Assembly (NCBI GenBank): GCA_951406725.2
Contig: OX597825.1
Coordinates: 17,484,001 to 17,548,000, forward strand
Length of the DNA stretch: 64,000 nt
Source: Octopus vulgaris
Taxonomy: Eukaryota
Direction of reading: 5' to 3'
Below, piece by piece: positions 25,137 through 39,949 of the stretch (position 1 is its first letter; each line of letters starts with the position of its first letter). The notes beneath the pieces were generated by a model, which was not told the DNA's origin, ran no database searches, and saw only the letters and a program-made list of their open reading frames with translations. The translations under genes were made by a program, and so were the position numbers.

Positions 25137-28100
25137 AGCACACACGCCCAACATCCGTTGGACTGTGTAGGTTCGTGATTGGACACGAGTCTAAAATACT
25201 GTAATCCCGCTTCTGTCATTGCTTCTATCGATGATGCCCTGGTGACTCTGGTAAAATCACCATTGTGAGCACGCCGAAGCTCAATGGCGTTCTTCTGTTT
25301 CACTACCCGCAAGGATCCGAAACCGGAAGTCTTTTGTTTGTTTGTTTGTTTTTCTGCCAATGTGACTCTTGCTTTTTCAAGGCATTCTATCGAAAACCTG
25401 TCATTGAATGAATCTTTAAAAAAATGATTAAATTTATTTCGTTACTCTTTCAACATAAAATTTTCCCACAACCGTATAGCACACAATTATTTGCAATGAT
25501 ATTGTGAGAAACCAAATGGCACGTCGATGTGGACAGTTGTGAATGAGCATTCACATCAAAAAGCACATGTGGACCGAACGTATTTCGAGGAAATCGATAT
25601 TCTATCGAACAAAAATGCAATTGTGATAAAATGTAAACGAACGATACAATCACCAGTACACTGACAGGTAGCAGAAGGTAAGAAATATCACACTTAAGCG
25701 CGAAATATTAAAATAATGTGCAAATGGAAACTATCTCTAGGACGTCTCTGAAAATAAAAGACAGACAAAACCGGGTTTCTTTTGGGAAAAAAAGTATGTT
25801 AGCATCAAATTTACCTGATATTAATTTGGGAGTAGTGGAACTCCTTTATAAAGTTATTTAAGTCCAGAAGGTAAAGGGTATTTCTAAGAAATATCTCACG
25901 TAAGTTCGAAATTAAAAAAAAAAAGAATGTGCAAATCGAAACGGTTTCTCTGAAACTGAAAGTCAGCCAAAATTGGGTTACCTCATATTTATTTGGAAGT
26001 GGTGAAAATTCCTTATAAATAAAGTTATTTAAATCCACGTAACCGGAAAGCGTCAAGTGGGACATAGGGTTCGGCAATATGCGATGTTGACCGATAAACT
26101 AGCAAACCTTGTGGATGAATAAGCTAACAGAACTAACTAAATAGTGCTTTTTTAAAGAATGTAACCGACGAATTTGATCTGTAACATTCGTAAAAGTAAT
26201 AGGAAGAATTTGCCAAAATATCGTTTCATTTTGCTTAGTGAGACAAAATAATTCATAATTTGAAATATTGATACTAATATTCCTTTTTCATGAAATGGAA
26301 TTAAAGAATAGCCAATGTACGTGTCAAATCAAGTGAGCTACGCAAAGTCGAAAAAATACCGCTCATTTTATTGTTTTATACAAGAAACTGTTAGCTAAAT
26401 TTTTAGATATTTGTCACCAAAATGTCCTCGTTCTATTACCAATCAATGTGTCGTTTCTACTGTCCATTGAATTTTGTTGTGAGAAGATATTCTCACAGTT
26501 GATTGACCTTTAATTAGTGTAATTTATTTGTTAAAGTTAATATTTTATTTCACTTTTACTTATTCAAAATAATTGCCTTATCATCTTACTCCTTTGTGTC
26601 AGATTATTTATTAACACAGAATGACATGCCCGGGTGCACAAGTTCGAGTACAGTTCATTCTAAAATGATATCGATTTTTAATCCAATCACATATTCATGT
26701 GTTCTTTCATTAAATTGCTTAGAAAGCTTAACGTAATTAATTCTCTGATGGTGATTGAATGAACACAGCGGCTGTTCGTATGTGATTTGCGGAATGATAG
26801 CCAATAAGGGCTATTGAAATCGGATTTTCCATCAAGATTTTGATTAAAAAGCGCAAATCTCACTTTGAAATTAACGATTATGTTATGAAATTTATGTCAT
26901 ATACATACAGGTATATATGGCTTTTAGGCTTGTTTTGCAGCATTCCTGATTGGAAATTGTAGACAGAATGAACTAAATAGAACAGGAGGAGACAAGCGGG
27001 ATAGAGATTTGCTGAAGAGGTCACGGGATGTGTGACTAAAGGTTTAGAGATAATGATATAATATCAGAACAATAATATATCTGAAGGGAATAATGTTTGT
27101 TTATTTTTGGGAAAAAAATTACGATTCCGAAATATAAAAATCTACCTATCTGTCTAAATATCTGTTTATCTATCTATCTATCTACCTGTCTATGTATTTA
27201 TTTGTCTATCTATCTATCTATCTATTTATCTATCTATCTACGCATGGTTGTATGTATGTATCTATCTGTCTATCTACCTACCTATTATTGTATATATGCA
27301 TATATGTATCTTTATATTTGTCTCGCAGTCCGTCTGTGTGTTTGTCTGTGTATCTGTCTGTTTATATATCTATTTATATGTGTTCCCTTTCGATGTTCTG
27401 CATTCTAAATTTTATATCACATTCCAACAAACCGAGACTAGACATCCATAATGTTTCTGACTAACGCAACTCCGAGTCTTAACTTGAAGAAATACGTATT
27501 TGTTAGAGGTAAAGTAATTTCTTATTGTTAAATGTATAACAATATCTGTTGATCAATTTCCTGTCATTTAAATGTCAGGAGAATAACACACAGCAATGGT
27601 TGCCTAGCTTAGGAAAGTCGACGAATTCTTAAACCACATCAGGAGCGTGTTTCGAGTAGTCGGGAAATGTAATGCTGTATATCTAACATATTGGCCCTTA
27701 AATAGTTGAAATTCATGGTAAGAAATAAATAAGAAAAGGTGTGTCTCCTTAACTATTGATCGGTGCAATAATTAGGATAGAGCTGTAATCATTGAATATC
27801 GTACATAGCGCTAAGCGTAGAAAACTGCATCTCTCTACAGCGTTGATAATTAACTAGTATATGTTGCATCAACATCATGTAGGTTCAATTAGTTATAATT
27901 ATAGTTCTTATCACAACCATCTCAAGTAAGTCCTGAATAATTAACACTCCATCTGGTATCTCTGTCATCGACTTCAATTTGACTTCGTTTAATTTAAAAT
28001 GGAAGTGATCTGAGACAAATGATAGTTATGTTTTGTCAGCAATAATCTTGTTTTCTAGCGAGGAAATTGATAACGGACGAGAAAATTACTCGTGGAGCCT

Positions 28101-28243
28101 ATATCGGCAAAACTATTTCAATTCACGTAGGTAACACTGCATGTTTATTTTATGATATCTAGCTACAAATGGTATATAAATAATAATAATGAAAGGTATA
28201 TTTATATGCAACAAAGGAAAAGAAAGTGCTAGTCTTACTTATA

Positions 28244-28244
<1 letters not shown>

Positions 28245-28308
<64 letters not shown>

Positions 28309-28320
28309 GTACTACTACTC

Positions 28321-28353
<33 letters not shown>

Positions 28354-28490
28354 ATAATAATAATAATAATAATAATAAGTAGAAGAAATAGAAGAAAAAG
28401 CAGGAGGAGGAGGAGGAGAAGAAGAAGAAGAAGAAGAAGAAGAAGAAGAAGAAGAAGAAGAAGAAGAAGAAGAAGAAGAAGAAGAAGAAG
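28245..28490. repeat. Compound trinucleotide microsatellite (TAC)n-(TAA)n-(AGG)n-(AGA)n
   Basis: Direct reading. Confidence 0.96.
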
Positions 28491-28497
28491 GGGAAGC

Positions 28498-28876
28498 CGT
28501 GATGCAGTACCAGGCAGTGGCCTTCATGGCTTCTCTTCTTAACTGATTGGAAGTGTATTCTGCTCAATACCATCAGATTTGCTTGTCAGTTGTTTGACCT
28601 TTACCAGTTGAGCATGTCCCTTAATCGCTGACGATATGTAAATCTGTGATCAGGGACAGGAGTAGTGGAGAAGCATCAAAGCCATGTGATGAGGAGTATT
28701 CTTTGAGATTTGAATAATTCCCCTCTGTAAACATGGGTGTTTCGTTCAAAATCCTTAAAGAAGACTTATTCAAGGATGTTTTCAGCGGGATGGGCTACTC
28801 AACCTGAATTCTAACTGGGTCCCACCCGCAAGGGCATACACTATTTATCTTGATATGAGGTCATCATGTCGCGCAG
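28498..28876 (+). mobile_element. Interspersed repeat abutting a trinucleotide microsatellite
   Basis: gatgcagtaccaggcagtggccttcatggcttc...gatttgcttgtcagttgtttgacctttaccagttgagcatgtccc is homologous to the reverse complement of 35162-35436. Strand assignment is arbitrary. Confidence 0.7.
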
Positions 28877-31800
28877 GCAAGGTCACCAATTCACGTATAT
28901 ATCAGATACGCTAGCATATCTTGGATACGTACGTACAATATAGATACAATTGTGTTTGTGTGAGTGTTCGTGTGTGTGTGTGTACCTATACAATAATGCG
29001 TTTCATCTTTGTAGACTTATTATTACTTAAGTGGTTACTAAAATTTTTCTCGTGTTTGTTCATAAGAAGAGTGAGAGAAACAGAGATTTGAGAGAGGGAT
29101 GATAGAATGAGAATGAGTGAGGAAAAAAATTGAGATTCAGAGAGAAAATATTTTGAAATGCCAACAAATTTACTGGGTGTAGGACAGTGTGAAATGTTTT
29201 AAGCACGTCTTATATAAATGAAGCTATATTTGAAGAAAACAATTGAGTATTATCAAATCTAGGGAATCACATATAGAAATGATTAAAGGCATTAAGTAAA
29301 ATGTCACAGCACACACAAAGACAGTTCCATAGTCATTGTGTTATCAAGCGCAAATTATAATGCATCTGTATTTACCTACAAATATTGTTAGATATAACAA
29401 TTATTGTTACATTTAACTGCAGACGTAGTCTGAAATTATATGTCGATGACCGATTCAAATCTGAGCTCTCTACTTGGAAAACATTGGAGATAAAATACCG
29501 TATTGTCCATTATCACAAATATGCTGATATATGAGGCAAATCTTCTGTACTTTGAAATAAATTGATACATGTTGAGAAACCTAATTTCCTACAAACCTCA
29601 TCCAACCGTGAAGCACATATCCACTTTAAGCAATGAGTTATCCAAAACTTTTGAGCATAGATTTGTGGAGCCGGTACTGAAGTGTAGTTTAAAAAATGGT
29701 GTTTTCGTTGTAATAAGAGGGGCATATGCTTGCTGCTTTGACGAAGAGGAGATAAAGAAAAATATCTAAAGAAATCTTCACAACCGTCAAGTTAAAATAA
29801 ATATGACTGCATCCAAGGCATCATAAGTAAATGCGACGTTGCAAAATTGGACTTACTACAATTCTTGTTATAATGTGTTTTTCTTTGGGTTTTTTTTACT
29901 TCCTTCCGCCATTGAACTGCCTTGATGGAACTATATTAGAACAAAGACATGATAGTTTTAGTCAAACAAATGGGAGCCAGTAAGCATTTTTAAAAAGGGA
30001 TACGTATTCTAATAATTCTTTTGCCGAATCGTTACGATATCAAATGTATGAAATGGAAAACTGAGCCCAAGACGCAACAAGAGTCAAATATTCAAATAAA
30101 TGAGATATGAATATCTCTCCAATTCACTGGATGTATTAAATTAAAGATCGCTACTCACCAATATGATTTGAAAGCGATTATATCTAAGATCATTTACACT
30201 GTAATTAAAGATAATTTAACGCGAAGGAAGTTGTAACTTAGCATTGGGTATCACGTATGCATTTAAAGAGCAACTTCATTTGTATGTGTATGTATATTTG
30301 TTAATGTGTGTGACTGTTGAGAGAGAAAATTGAATTTGTGCGTGTAATTGAGAGTACATCTGTAAATATGTGTATACATGTATGTGTAAATATCAGAATA
30401 TATTTATTCTTGAATACCATAGGCATGTTAATATAAGTTTAGGAAAATTCAATTTTCTCTTAATATTCGTATCTGGAGCAAATTCGTCTACATTCGACTT
30501 GGGAATAACGAAGTACATATTTGGAAGTCAACGGAAATAAACAGCAGCAGGCATATAATTGCGAAAGGATGATTTATAATTTTAATAACATCGCTGTTGG
30601 ATAAAATTGCAATTGTTTCTATCATAAAATAAATGTGAAACAGATACAGGAAAATAAAATGTAAACAATACGCTTGGAAGAAAGATAAAATCACATAAGC
30701 AGGGACCAAACAAATGATTTAAAATATTATATGATATCCAAATATCAACAAAGAATTTCTAAATAGCGGAAAACTCCATTATTATCAATTTAAATCCCTG
30801 CTAGCTTCCGAAATACGTTATAATACACTATGTAATTAGAGGAATTAATTTAAACTAGGGAATAAGATAAATAATACAATAGTATTCTTGAAATTATCAA
30901 TGCATCAGATTACGTATCATAGGTATGTTTCATGATATCATTGTTTTATGTGTGCATTAAAATCACATCTAATCACGAGACTTCGCATCTTGTTGAAGTA
31001 ATTTCAAGAGAATTGATAATTTTTGCAATTAACTCGGGAGATTTAAATGAAGTTATTACACAAACTCTATCAAATCTGTTTTGCTTCAGCCAGGCCTTTT
31101 AAAGGAATTATAAATGTATGAATCCCTATTTTTTAAAATTTGTGGCTGTACATCTGTAAATAAAGCAAACAATAAAATACGAAAAATAGCTAAATAAAAA
31201 GGTGTTTCACACAGTAAGATTTACAAACACACACACACACACTCATAAAAGTGTATATGATACAAAATATAGAGCGTAAATATTTTGACATCGAGTTCAA
31301 ATTGAAAGTATGTTATAACTCAGAGTTTGCAGTAAACTTTTGGTCACATAATCAGAACATTAACATAATAAATTTTCACCAGTTTTATTTACACGAGACC
31401 TTTAGTAATATCAAGTAGCTGTCGTAATACTTTAGTAGCCACGCGCATATACGTAGGTCTATGTGAGTACAACATATGTATGTACGTGTATATGTCATTC
31501 AGTTTATTTCAAGATGCCAAAAGAGAAACAACCGGTTGTATATATGTACGTATGTATGCTTATATGTATGCATGCATATACGCAGGTTTCTTAGCATTTT
31601 GCCCCTTTAACCGGTAATTATTATCATGATTCAAAGTCTCTTTTTTATCGACAGTTACTTATATCCAAAAGACTAATCCTAATGTCTTATTTCCTCCCTG
31701 GAGAAAAGGGATGCATATGATAACATTTATGACATTACCTAGCCATGTCCTTTATTCAAAATAGACAGTCTTCTAGTCTTAGATTTAGTAGTTGATAAAG

Positions 31801-31995
31801 GGATAAATGAATTAGAAATTAATTACAATCCCTTAAAACCATAGGCCCCCCACTATGCTCTAGGCTATCTTAGAATGCATTCTATTCTTAGCTACAATAG
31901 CGGCAACATGAAGTTCTTCTATATTTCTTTTTTAAAACATTTGAGAAAAAAATATATTAATGTGTCCTACTTGTTAAAATTCCATTTATTTGTTT

Positions 31996-32084
31996 GTGCA
32001 GCTGAAGATGACATTGCTTTTAAATTGATGTAAATGATTGCATTGTCCAATTAAATGGAACCGCTTGAAACCCTCGTACTGCAT
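31996..32084 (+). ncRNA. Type I hammerhead motif, stem II decayed
   Basis: gtgcag CTGAAGA ...58 nt... GAAA C cctc G TA ctgcat; 6-bp stem I; (TA)n about 45 nt downstream. Confidence 0.6.
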
Positions 32085-32124
32085 CACTACTTGATATTCT
32101 GTTGCTTATTCTGATTTTACATAC

Positions 32125-32198
<74 letters not shown>

Positions 32199-35161
32199 CC
32201 TAGAGAAAAACTGATAGGTATATAGGTGCATAGGAAAGATCAAGGCAATTAGGATTTCAAGTTTTGTATATTTGCTAATTGAACCAGCATGCTGAAGTCG
32301 AAAATCAAAACTTGTAGTACTTGTCAACTTTAGATGCACAATAAAATCGTGTCTGATTATAATATTACTCTCTCAGTAAATATTACAACGTTATTCTGAA
32401 ACGTGCTTGAAAAAAAAACATATTGTCACAGACCTACAAGCAAGACTGTGCACAAACGCGTGATATATTTTGCTAGGCTGTTCGTGAGTAAATAAATGTG
32501 AAAAGATAAAGATATGACACATTTTTTTACATGACAATTAGTTGTTCTCCTCTATTAAATCTTTTATTCGCAGACACATGAGCTTATTTTTTTTTCATCA
32601 CAAAATGCATTCCGCATTGGCGATATAAAGGAAATTGTTATAACATGCTTTACTAGCAGTACACAACATATTTGACACTATGTTTACTAGGTTATTAATT
32701 TCTTTCACAACTATAATCTGCCAGTTCAACTGACATGTACGATTGCTTCTACAATAATATGAAATCAAGCCAAATCTCAAAACTGAATTTCTATTGGTTG
32801 ACTTACGAAAAACCACGAGAGATATCGTGTACATCGTTGTTTGAAAAATGTGACGTCTTGTTCAATTTTAAAAACACCAGAAGAATTATGGTTGTTTATG
32901 GCAAACTCCAGTAGCATGCATAATTTCCTAAAAACAAATGCCATTCGATATATATGTTTTTATATTATTACAACAGTATCTTCCAACTCTCGGTAAAACA
33001 TTTCAATCATACGTCATGGAATTTATCTCCCTTATAATTTAAAGAATTCCGCCGATCTTTGAAATCTGTCGCAGATCTCCAGCTTCCAAGTGTCATTGAT
33101 TAAAAGAAAAAATAACAGAACAGTCTCTGGTTTAATATTTCATATTTCATATTTCCTTTGTAAAATGTCTACTCACAAGAAGTAGACGATTTGCCCACAT
33201 TTGAAGGAGCTCCAAGTAAATCAAATGCGGCAAGTCTTTATCCCTGAAGCGTTTTTGAAACATAATTTCATATTGTCGGTAATGCCTCCAGGGAAATAAT
33301 AAATACAAGAATATAGATATAATTAATTCTCAGAAGAACCAATAGGCTTTTAATTAATAGACTGTATATGATGTAGTGACAAAGATAGTAAATAACTTAA
33401 CTAAATACTTTGCACTCTGTCTCTCCACAATCCGGTTACAACCAGTGTCGATTCTTATCGTAATGAATAATTAAGTTCTACGTATGTACTGCAATCGATA
33501 CATACGACTCTTTCTTCATGCTAAAAGTGTTTGGCAAGGTGCCAATGTCAGATATTAATAATTCATAATTCGTATATAATAGACAGATAGAGATTCAGAA
33601 GCATTAGATAATAGTACTGTATGCAGGATTCTATTTAATTTCGTACATCTATAATGTGAGATCACAATTTCTCAAGAGAGCGACAAAATAAGAGTTATGT
33701 TTAGCCATTTATATTGTGCTTCGATAGATGTGTAACCTTATTAAAATGTACTAAATCCTTAATTAGTTAATTAGTGAAGATGGTATAAGAATGTATTACA
33801 ATAGTGTTCGAAATGCAGATTTATGGTATCTAGTCATTAACAGTAATTTATAATTATCCTAAGTAATTTTCTATTGGCATAAGATCAACGGCTAGAAAGA
33901 GGAGAAAAGTATTCCGGGCCCTTGCACTTTAGTTCATTAACTTATAATTAAAGTAACAAGCTTTTTGACTTCGCCTTCTCTTCCTCAAATTTTCACCAAC
34001 TGTTGAAATTACGTATTCTTTACTAATCATTGAAATTGAACGAGTGGGCCATCTCTATGGACCTTCTTATGAGCTAACTTATAATCGGTGTAATTTGTTA
34101 CCCATTCGATCAGATACCATATTTTATCTCGTATAAGTATGTAACTTGAGTTGTTATAGACATGATCAACATGAAAATAGAGAACTGTTGATTTAACACA
34201 TGATTAATTATGTTGCTCTGCCGTGTTCACCTTTTCACCTGCAGCCTTGTGTATGAGAAAATCATTCATATTTTCATAATATATCATATATATCTATGAT
34301 GTCTCCACACCAATAAAACGGCCGTTCCATGAATAAATTCACTGTTAATATCCTGTATTGAGTGGCTAATAGAATATATTGAATGAAAATAAAATTAACG
34401 TGTCTCTATGTTATTACTGAAATCTTAAATATTCTTATATTCGGGTTTAATGGTTCTACGTAATGGTTCGCATCAATATTTCGAGAGATGCGATTCGATA
34501 CCAGATTAGAAATTTAAATCATTAACAATATCGGAAAGTTGTAACATAACACGGAGATTCGCCCCCAATAAAAGCAACAGTAACAAAAGAGAACAGTAAC
34601 GAAAACAACAAACTCAACTACCAGAAAGTATAACCTCATACCTGAAGGTATAACCATATAACAGAAGGATCTAAAGGGTTTATGAGGACAGGGAATAAAA
34701 TAAGGGTGAACGGCAGTGGTAGAATTCCTCACAAAACAAAAAACTTAACACGACAAAAAAAAAATCAGTAGGTCTGATAAATAAAAGATAAAGGTGCGTA
34801 AATGTGTGCAACATTTAGGAGAAACATTTATGAGTAAGAAATCATCTATTACGGGAGAGTGTGGCACCCAGTTTTTCCTCTGGACAAATTGAAATACAAA
34901 GAACTTTGCAATATTGAAAGACCTAGAAAAACACTTATACGGGGTATACTAGAGATCTCCAGACTATGTGCTTGTCCAATGCAAATGGGATAAGTTTTTC
35001 AGCAACATAAAATGACAAAATACTAGATGTGTGCCCTCCCTTGTCCACAATAATGCATGACGCAACATACATCGCTTAGGAGAAGGCGATATTCCTAACT
35101 CCATCCACGTATTGTTACTAAATTTGTAACCAATTATTATTATTATTTTAATTATTATTAT

Positions 35162-35433
35162 TGACTGAGAGAGAGCAGTGCATGTCATCAAAGTGACTAG
35201 GATAAAATATACGAAGCCCAATATAACCATCATGGCTACCAATCTGATAAGGGTACATCAGGGGCATGCTCAAATGGTTAAAGTCAAACAACTGACAAGC
35301 ATATCTGTGGTGGTAAGCAGCATATTTGCTGTAGCCCATTTTATATACCGAGATAAAACAATGTACATGATAACAATTCCAATCAGTTTAGATCAGAAGC
35401 CATGAGAGCCAGTGCGTGGTAGTGCATCAGGAC

Positions 35434-35436
<3 letters not shown>
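35162..35436 (-). mobile_element. Second copy of the 28498-28876 repeat, within (TTA)n
   Basis: catgctcaaatggttaaagtcaaacaactgacaagc...ccaatcagtt..agaagccatgagagcc..tgcatcag; flanked by (TTA)n on both sides. Confidence 0.7.
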
Positions 35437-35753
<317 letters not shown>

Positions 35754-36470
35754 TTGTGGCTTCAGACATGGCATCCACACACGAAAATTTTCTGGTGAGT
35801 TTTTTTTTTTTGTAATTTTGCTGCTTTTATTGTTTTCGGCCGCTGACATTGTAACTGCTGTTTTGCGGATGTATTCAATTATCTTCTGAAAGTATTTCGC
35901 CCTATTTCAGTTACGGAATTCAGACAGAAAGCCTGTTCTGAAACGTTTCTCGGGCATATTTTTCAGTCTATCCCTTTTCACATGGCCAGCACTATTTTAA
36001 AGAGAGGAGTGGGTATAGGTCAAAATGTATCTGCTTCCTCGTATTCAATCGACACGAAGCATAGTGGTCAGCCAGGCGTATCGGTCGCCACTCCCTTTGA
36101 CTTTTGCTAAAAACCCACAGACAATAACACCAACACGAATACCAACACCTACATCGCCACTGTCATCACCACCGCCGACTTCAAGTAAATCGCCAAGAGC
36201 CAAAACAGGAACACTAACACTAGCATGACTCGTGACATCTCCAACAACAACAACAACAACAACAATAACGACATCGGCAAGAACGGCACTGACAACAATG
36301 ATAGTAGTAACGAATCCAGCACCAACAACAAAGATAATATTGATGTAGGTGTTTTGAAGAAACCTATGGGGTAAGAGGATTTTTGAAGGCCCGTTTAAAG
36401 GCCTTGAAAATGGATCAACCCAAACCAAGGGCAAGTGTTTCACTCTTTCTTCTTTTCTTCTCCTGCTTGA

Positions 36471-37230
36471 ATGACAATCCTAATAATAGGTTGTACAAAT
36501 GCTCGTGGCCTGAGGAAAGCGTGGAAACAGGGGCACCTGCCCAACGACATCAGGTCACTTTGTCTGGATGCAGCAGCCGTAAGTGAATCTAGGATTTCCG
36601 AAACGCAATCGCTTGCTCTTCTTCTGGACGACTACGAGGCCTGGATCAAATGGAGTTGTGGTGCTTTTTCGGAAAGGCCTTGACTCGAAGATGAATACGG
36701 TTTTCCTCCGTGGGTTGGTGATCTTGGACATAAGCAACAAAGAAGGCAACAGGGACTCTTGAGACTAGTGGCAGTCTATGCCCCAATAAGAGTTGAATGG
36801 CCAGATTTTTTTAGACCTCTAGAGACTTTCCTAAGGTCATCCCACTCATTAGTGGGCGACTGGAATGGGATCTTAGACACAAGCAAAGATTATGTGAGGG
36901 TACAAAAGCCGCATTAATTTCCTCAGGCATTTCCAACTTTATGACAGTTCTCTCCTCGATCTACACCAGTGTGGACGTGGTCAAAAAGATGTGGGTCATC
37001 CAGCTCATACTTAAATAAGGGTTTATGAGGCTAGCAGATAAGCATACTATAAGTTGTCCTCATTTTCAAATCGCTAGATATTCAGATGAAAAATTCTGGA
37101 CCTTTAATCAACTTGAGGAAAGAATCAGACTAAGATGAACGCATCCTTCACGCCGCGGAAATATTTCAAGGAGTGAATTAGTAGACCAATTAAACAGGAA
37201 TTGATGGGAAGCATCGTCAACTACAGGTGC
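36471..37230 (+). pseudogene. Decayed APE endonuclease of a Tx1/L1-type LINE ORF2
   Basis: Motifs in order across frameshifts: GCTNARGLR, LDAAAVSESR, GVVVLFRKG, RLVAVYAP, LVGDWNGILD, WTWS, SYL. Confidence 0.85.
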
Positions 37231-37489
37231 CTTGTTATTGCATGAATACATTGTACATATTTTTTTCGATATTTCTAAGGTTAGATTTTATTCTGTAAAT
37301 TATGAAGCAGTGCATATGAAATTGTGTTGTAAAGTATTTGAAACTCAAAATTGTTTTAATTACATAAATCCTTCATGCTTAAAGTATTAAATTCAATTTA
37401 TTACAATTGTATAGAATCGCAGAATGAGTGTCATCACATTTTGAGTGGTTTGCAATTTGTACGCGAATGATTATAAATTTATTTCATAT

Positions 37490-37780
37490 ATTCTCTCCGA
37501 CTACTAGAGACCTCTCGCTGATCCTTAATAGGGTCTTATTAGAAGCAATTGTAAATACAATTTCCGTGTGGATTCCGAAGCGTGATTGATTGCCACGATG
37601 GATATTTTGCCACCATCTCATTCTTCGTCTCCTGGTGTTTGGTACAACTTTCGGTATCTTTCTTCGATCCTTTCTCACGACATCCTAATTTCATGTCTGA
37701 AGTACTGGAGATACGGCTACTCAACGCGGCGAAGAAGAATTTTGAGCTGGAGATATTCTCTGATCTGTACACTACACAGT
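37490..37780 (-). pseudogene. Possible ancient RTE-type LINE 3' coding fragment
   Basis: Minus translation ...TRRRRMRWWQNIHR... loosely resembles the RRLRW(L/A)GHVxR motif. Confidence 0.35.
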
Positions 37781-37786
37781 CTGTCG

Positions 37787-37985
37787 GGCGGCAAACTGAC
37801 AGGACTATTATCACACCGAGCAAGATGCCTTGCATTTCGTCCGTTTTACATTCCGAGTTAAAATTCCGCAGATGTCGATTATGCTTCTCTTCCTTTCGGG
37901 CGCGATAAAATAAGTACCAGTTGATGTAAACGACGTATTTCCTTTTTCACATCTGCTGGCCTTGTGCCAACATTTGGAATCAATA
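37787..37985 (+). mobile_element. SINE family A, monomeric, diverged
   Basis: ggcggcaaactgacagga...gagttaaaattccgc...tcctttcgggcgcgataaaataagtaccagttg...ggccttgtgcc. Confidence 0.75.
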
Positions 37986-38969
37986 TTATCCCCATTTGGG
38001 CCGTAGACATTCGCAAATGCACTGTCTCGGTATTTACTCGATATTTATGAACGTAAGTGGCGACAGGTATGGAAAACCAATTGATAATTGCAAGTTTTGC
38101 TTTTTTCAATCACCTTCTCATCTGGGATTTATGCTCCGTCACCATAAGCAGCGATATATTGTTTCGTGTTTTATAACGTATAAAAGTGACTTCTCGAATA
38201 ATTCTCAGCCACCTTCCCGAATAATTCTGCACAGCAACCACTAAGGGATTGGCATAGAAACTGAACTCAAGATTCTTTGGCGAATTTTTGTCGTGGCGCT
38301 ATAAATTTATGGTTCTCTTATTAGTTACCAGTAATATCTGATTTCATTTCTGTGTGTGAAAATCAAAACGCTCAGCAAATAATAGAAATATTACAGATAG
38401 GAATGTCATAGAAAAATTTGTGAGAAATAAATTTGATATAGATATATAGAATTACAGAATTCTATAAATTTCTTTTGTGCAGACTAAATGGATAATGACG
38501 TTGCTTACATGAGAATAAAATGAGAATAAAAAATAAAGATAAACCCCCCCCAAAAAAAGTATGGAAAAGAGAAGAAAATACAGCAGAAAATTATAAACCT
38601 CAACAATTCGAAAGTACAATTAGTTTTAAGCAAGTTTCTATAATGCTGCATGCTTGAAGTGAAGTAATAATTTCTTTGGTACAATAATAATAGCAAAGGC
38701 GGTGACATTAGAGAAATTTCTGCTTCAATTTATCACCTCCCATTTCTTATATTTGAATGAGAAAATTTCGTCCCCAGTTAATATTGAGTTCAATAGAAAC
38801 GTCCTTCTGGTGGAAAAGGCATTTCAGACTTTTGGTCACGATTTTCTACAAATTTAATTTCCGGTAAGAGAGGGGGAAAAAAATAAAAGAATTTTGAATT
38901 CAATTCGTTTTATTTTTCTGCTAATTTATTTCAAAACTGTTGCACATTTCATACACGTATATACGACCG

Positions 38970-39120
<151 letters not shown>

Positions 39121-39314
39121 TATGTATGTATATATATATGTGTATGTATAGGTATATAAATATATATGTATGAATGTATAGGCATATGTGTGTGTATAAT
39201 GGGAGACAAAAGAGAAAAATTAAGAGTTAAATAGAATATATTAAGAACCTATGTGCATGCATACTTGCGTACATACATGCACATACATATACACGCATAT
39301 ATATATATACACAT

Positions 39315-39368
<54 letters not shown>

Positions 39369-39949
39369 GTGTGTGTGTATATATATTTATATATATATAT
39401 ATATATACATATATGTATGTATATATATATATATATATATCTGTTGTGTGTTGTGTGTGTGGGTGTGTGTGTGTGTGTGTAAATACATTTCCTATGATGG
39501 GTATTCTGAGAGGCGAGTCTCCCTCTCTCTCTGAAGAGCTTCAGGCTATGTTACGTGCTTATACACAAAAATATGATGTTATCCCAAGTCTGCGTCTGTC
39601 TTCTCAATTAAAATACGTATCTATTTCCAACTCTCTTTTCGCTTATGTATGTGCGAGGATGCCTTTGTGTGTGCTCGAACATGTGAGCACGTGCGAGCGT
39701 GTGAACGTGTGCGAGAGTGAGTGTGTGTGTGAGTGTGTGTGAGCGTGTGAGTGTTTACTCGTTTATGTGCACGTGTATGTGTTGTCTGTGTGGAGACGAA
39801 TGCAAAATAATTGCCTCGCAACGAATTTGTGTATATCTTACTATACAGATATACCTCTGTACGTATGTATATTTACATACACGCGTGTGCATACACAAAA
39901 ACACACACACATATGCTTATGTGTGTGTGTGTGTACTTTATCAATGTAT

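Noticed and set aside
25225-25335. cGATGATGcc...ggtaaaa and GAAACCGGAA fragments
   Set aside because: They cannot be assembled into a coherent three-stem junction.
28189-28573. ORFs with poly-Leu and poly-Arg that look like a membrane or basic peptide
   Set aside because: They are translations of a compound trinucleotide microsatellite, open on both strands.
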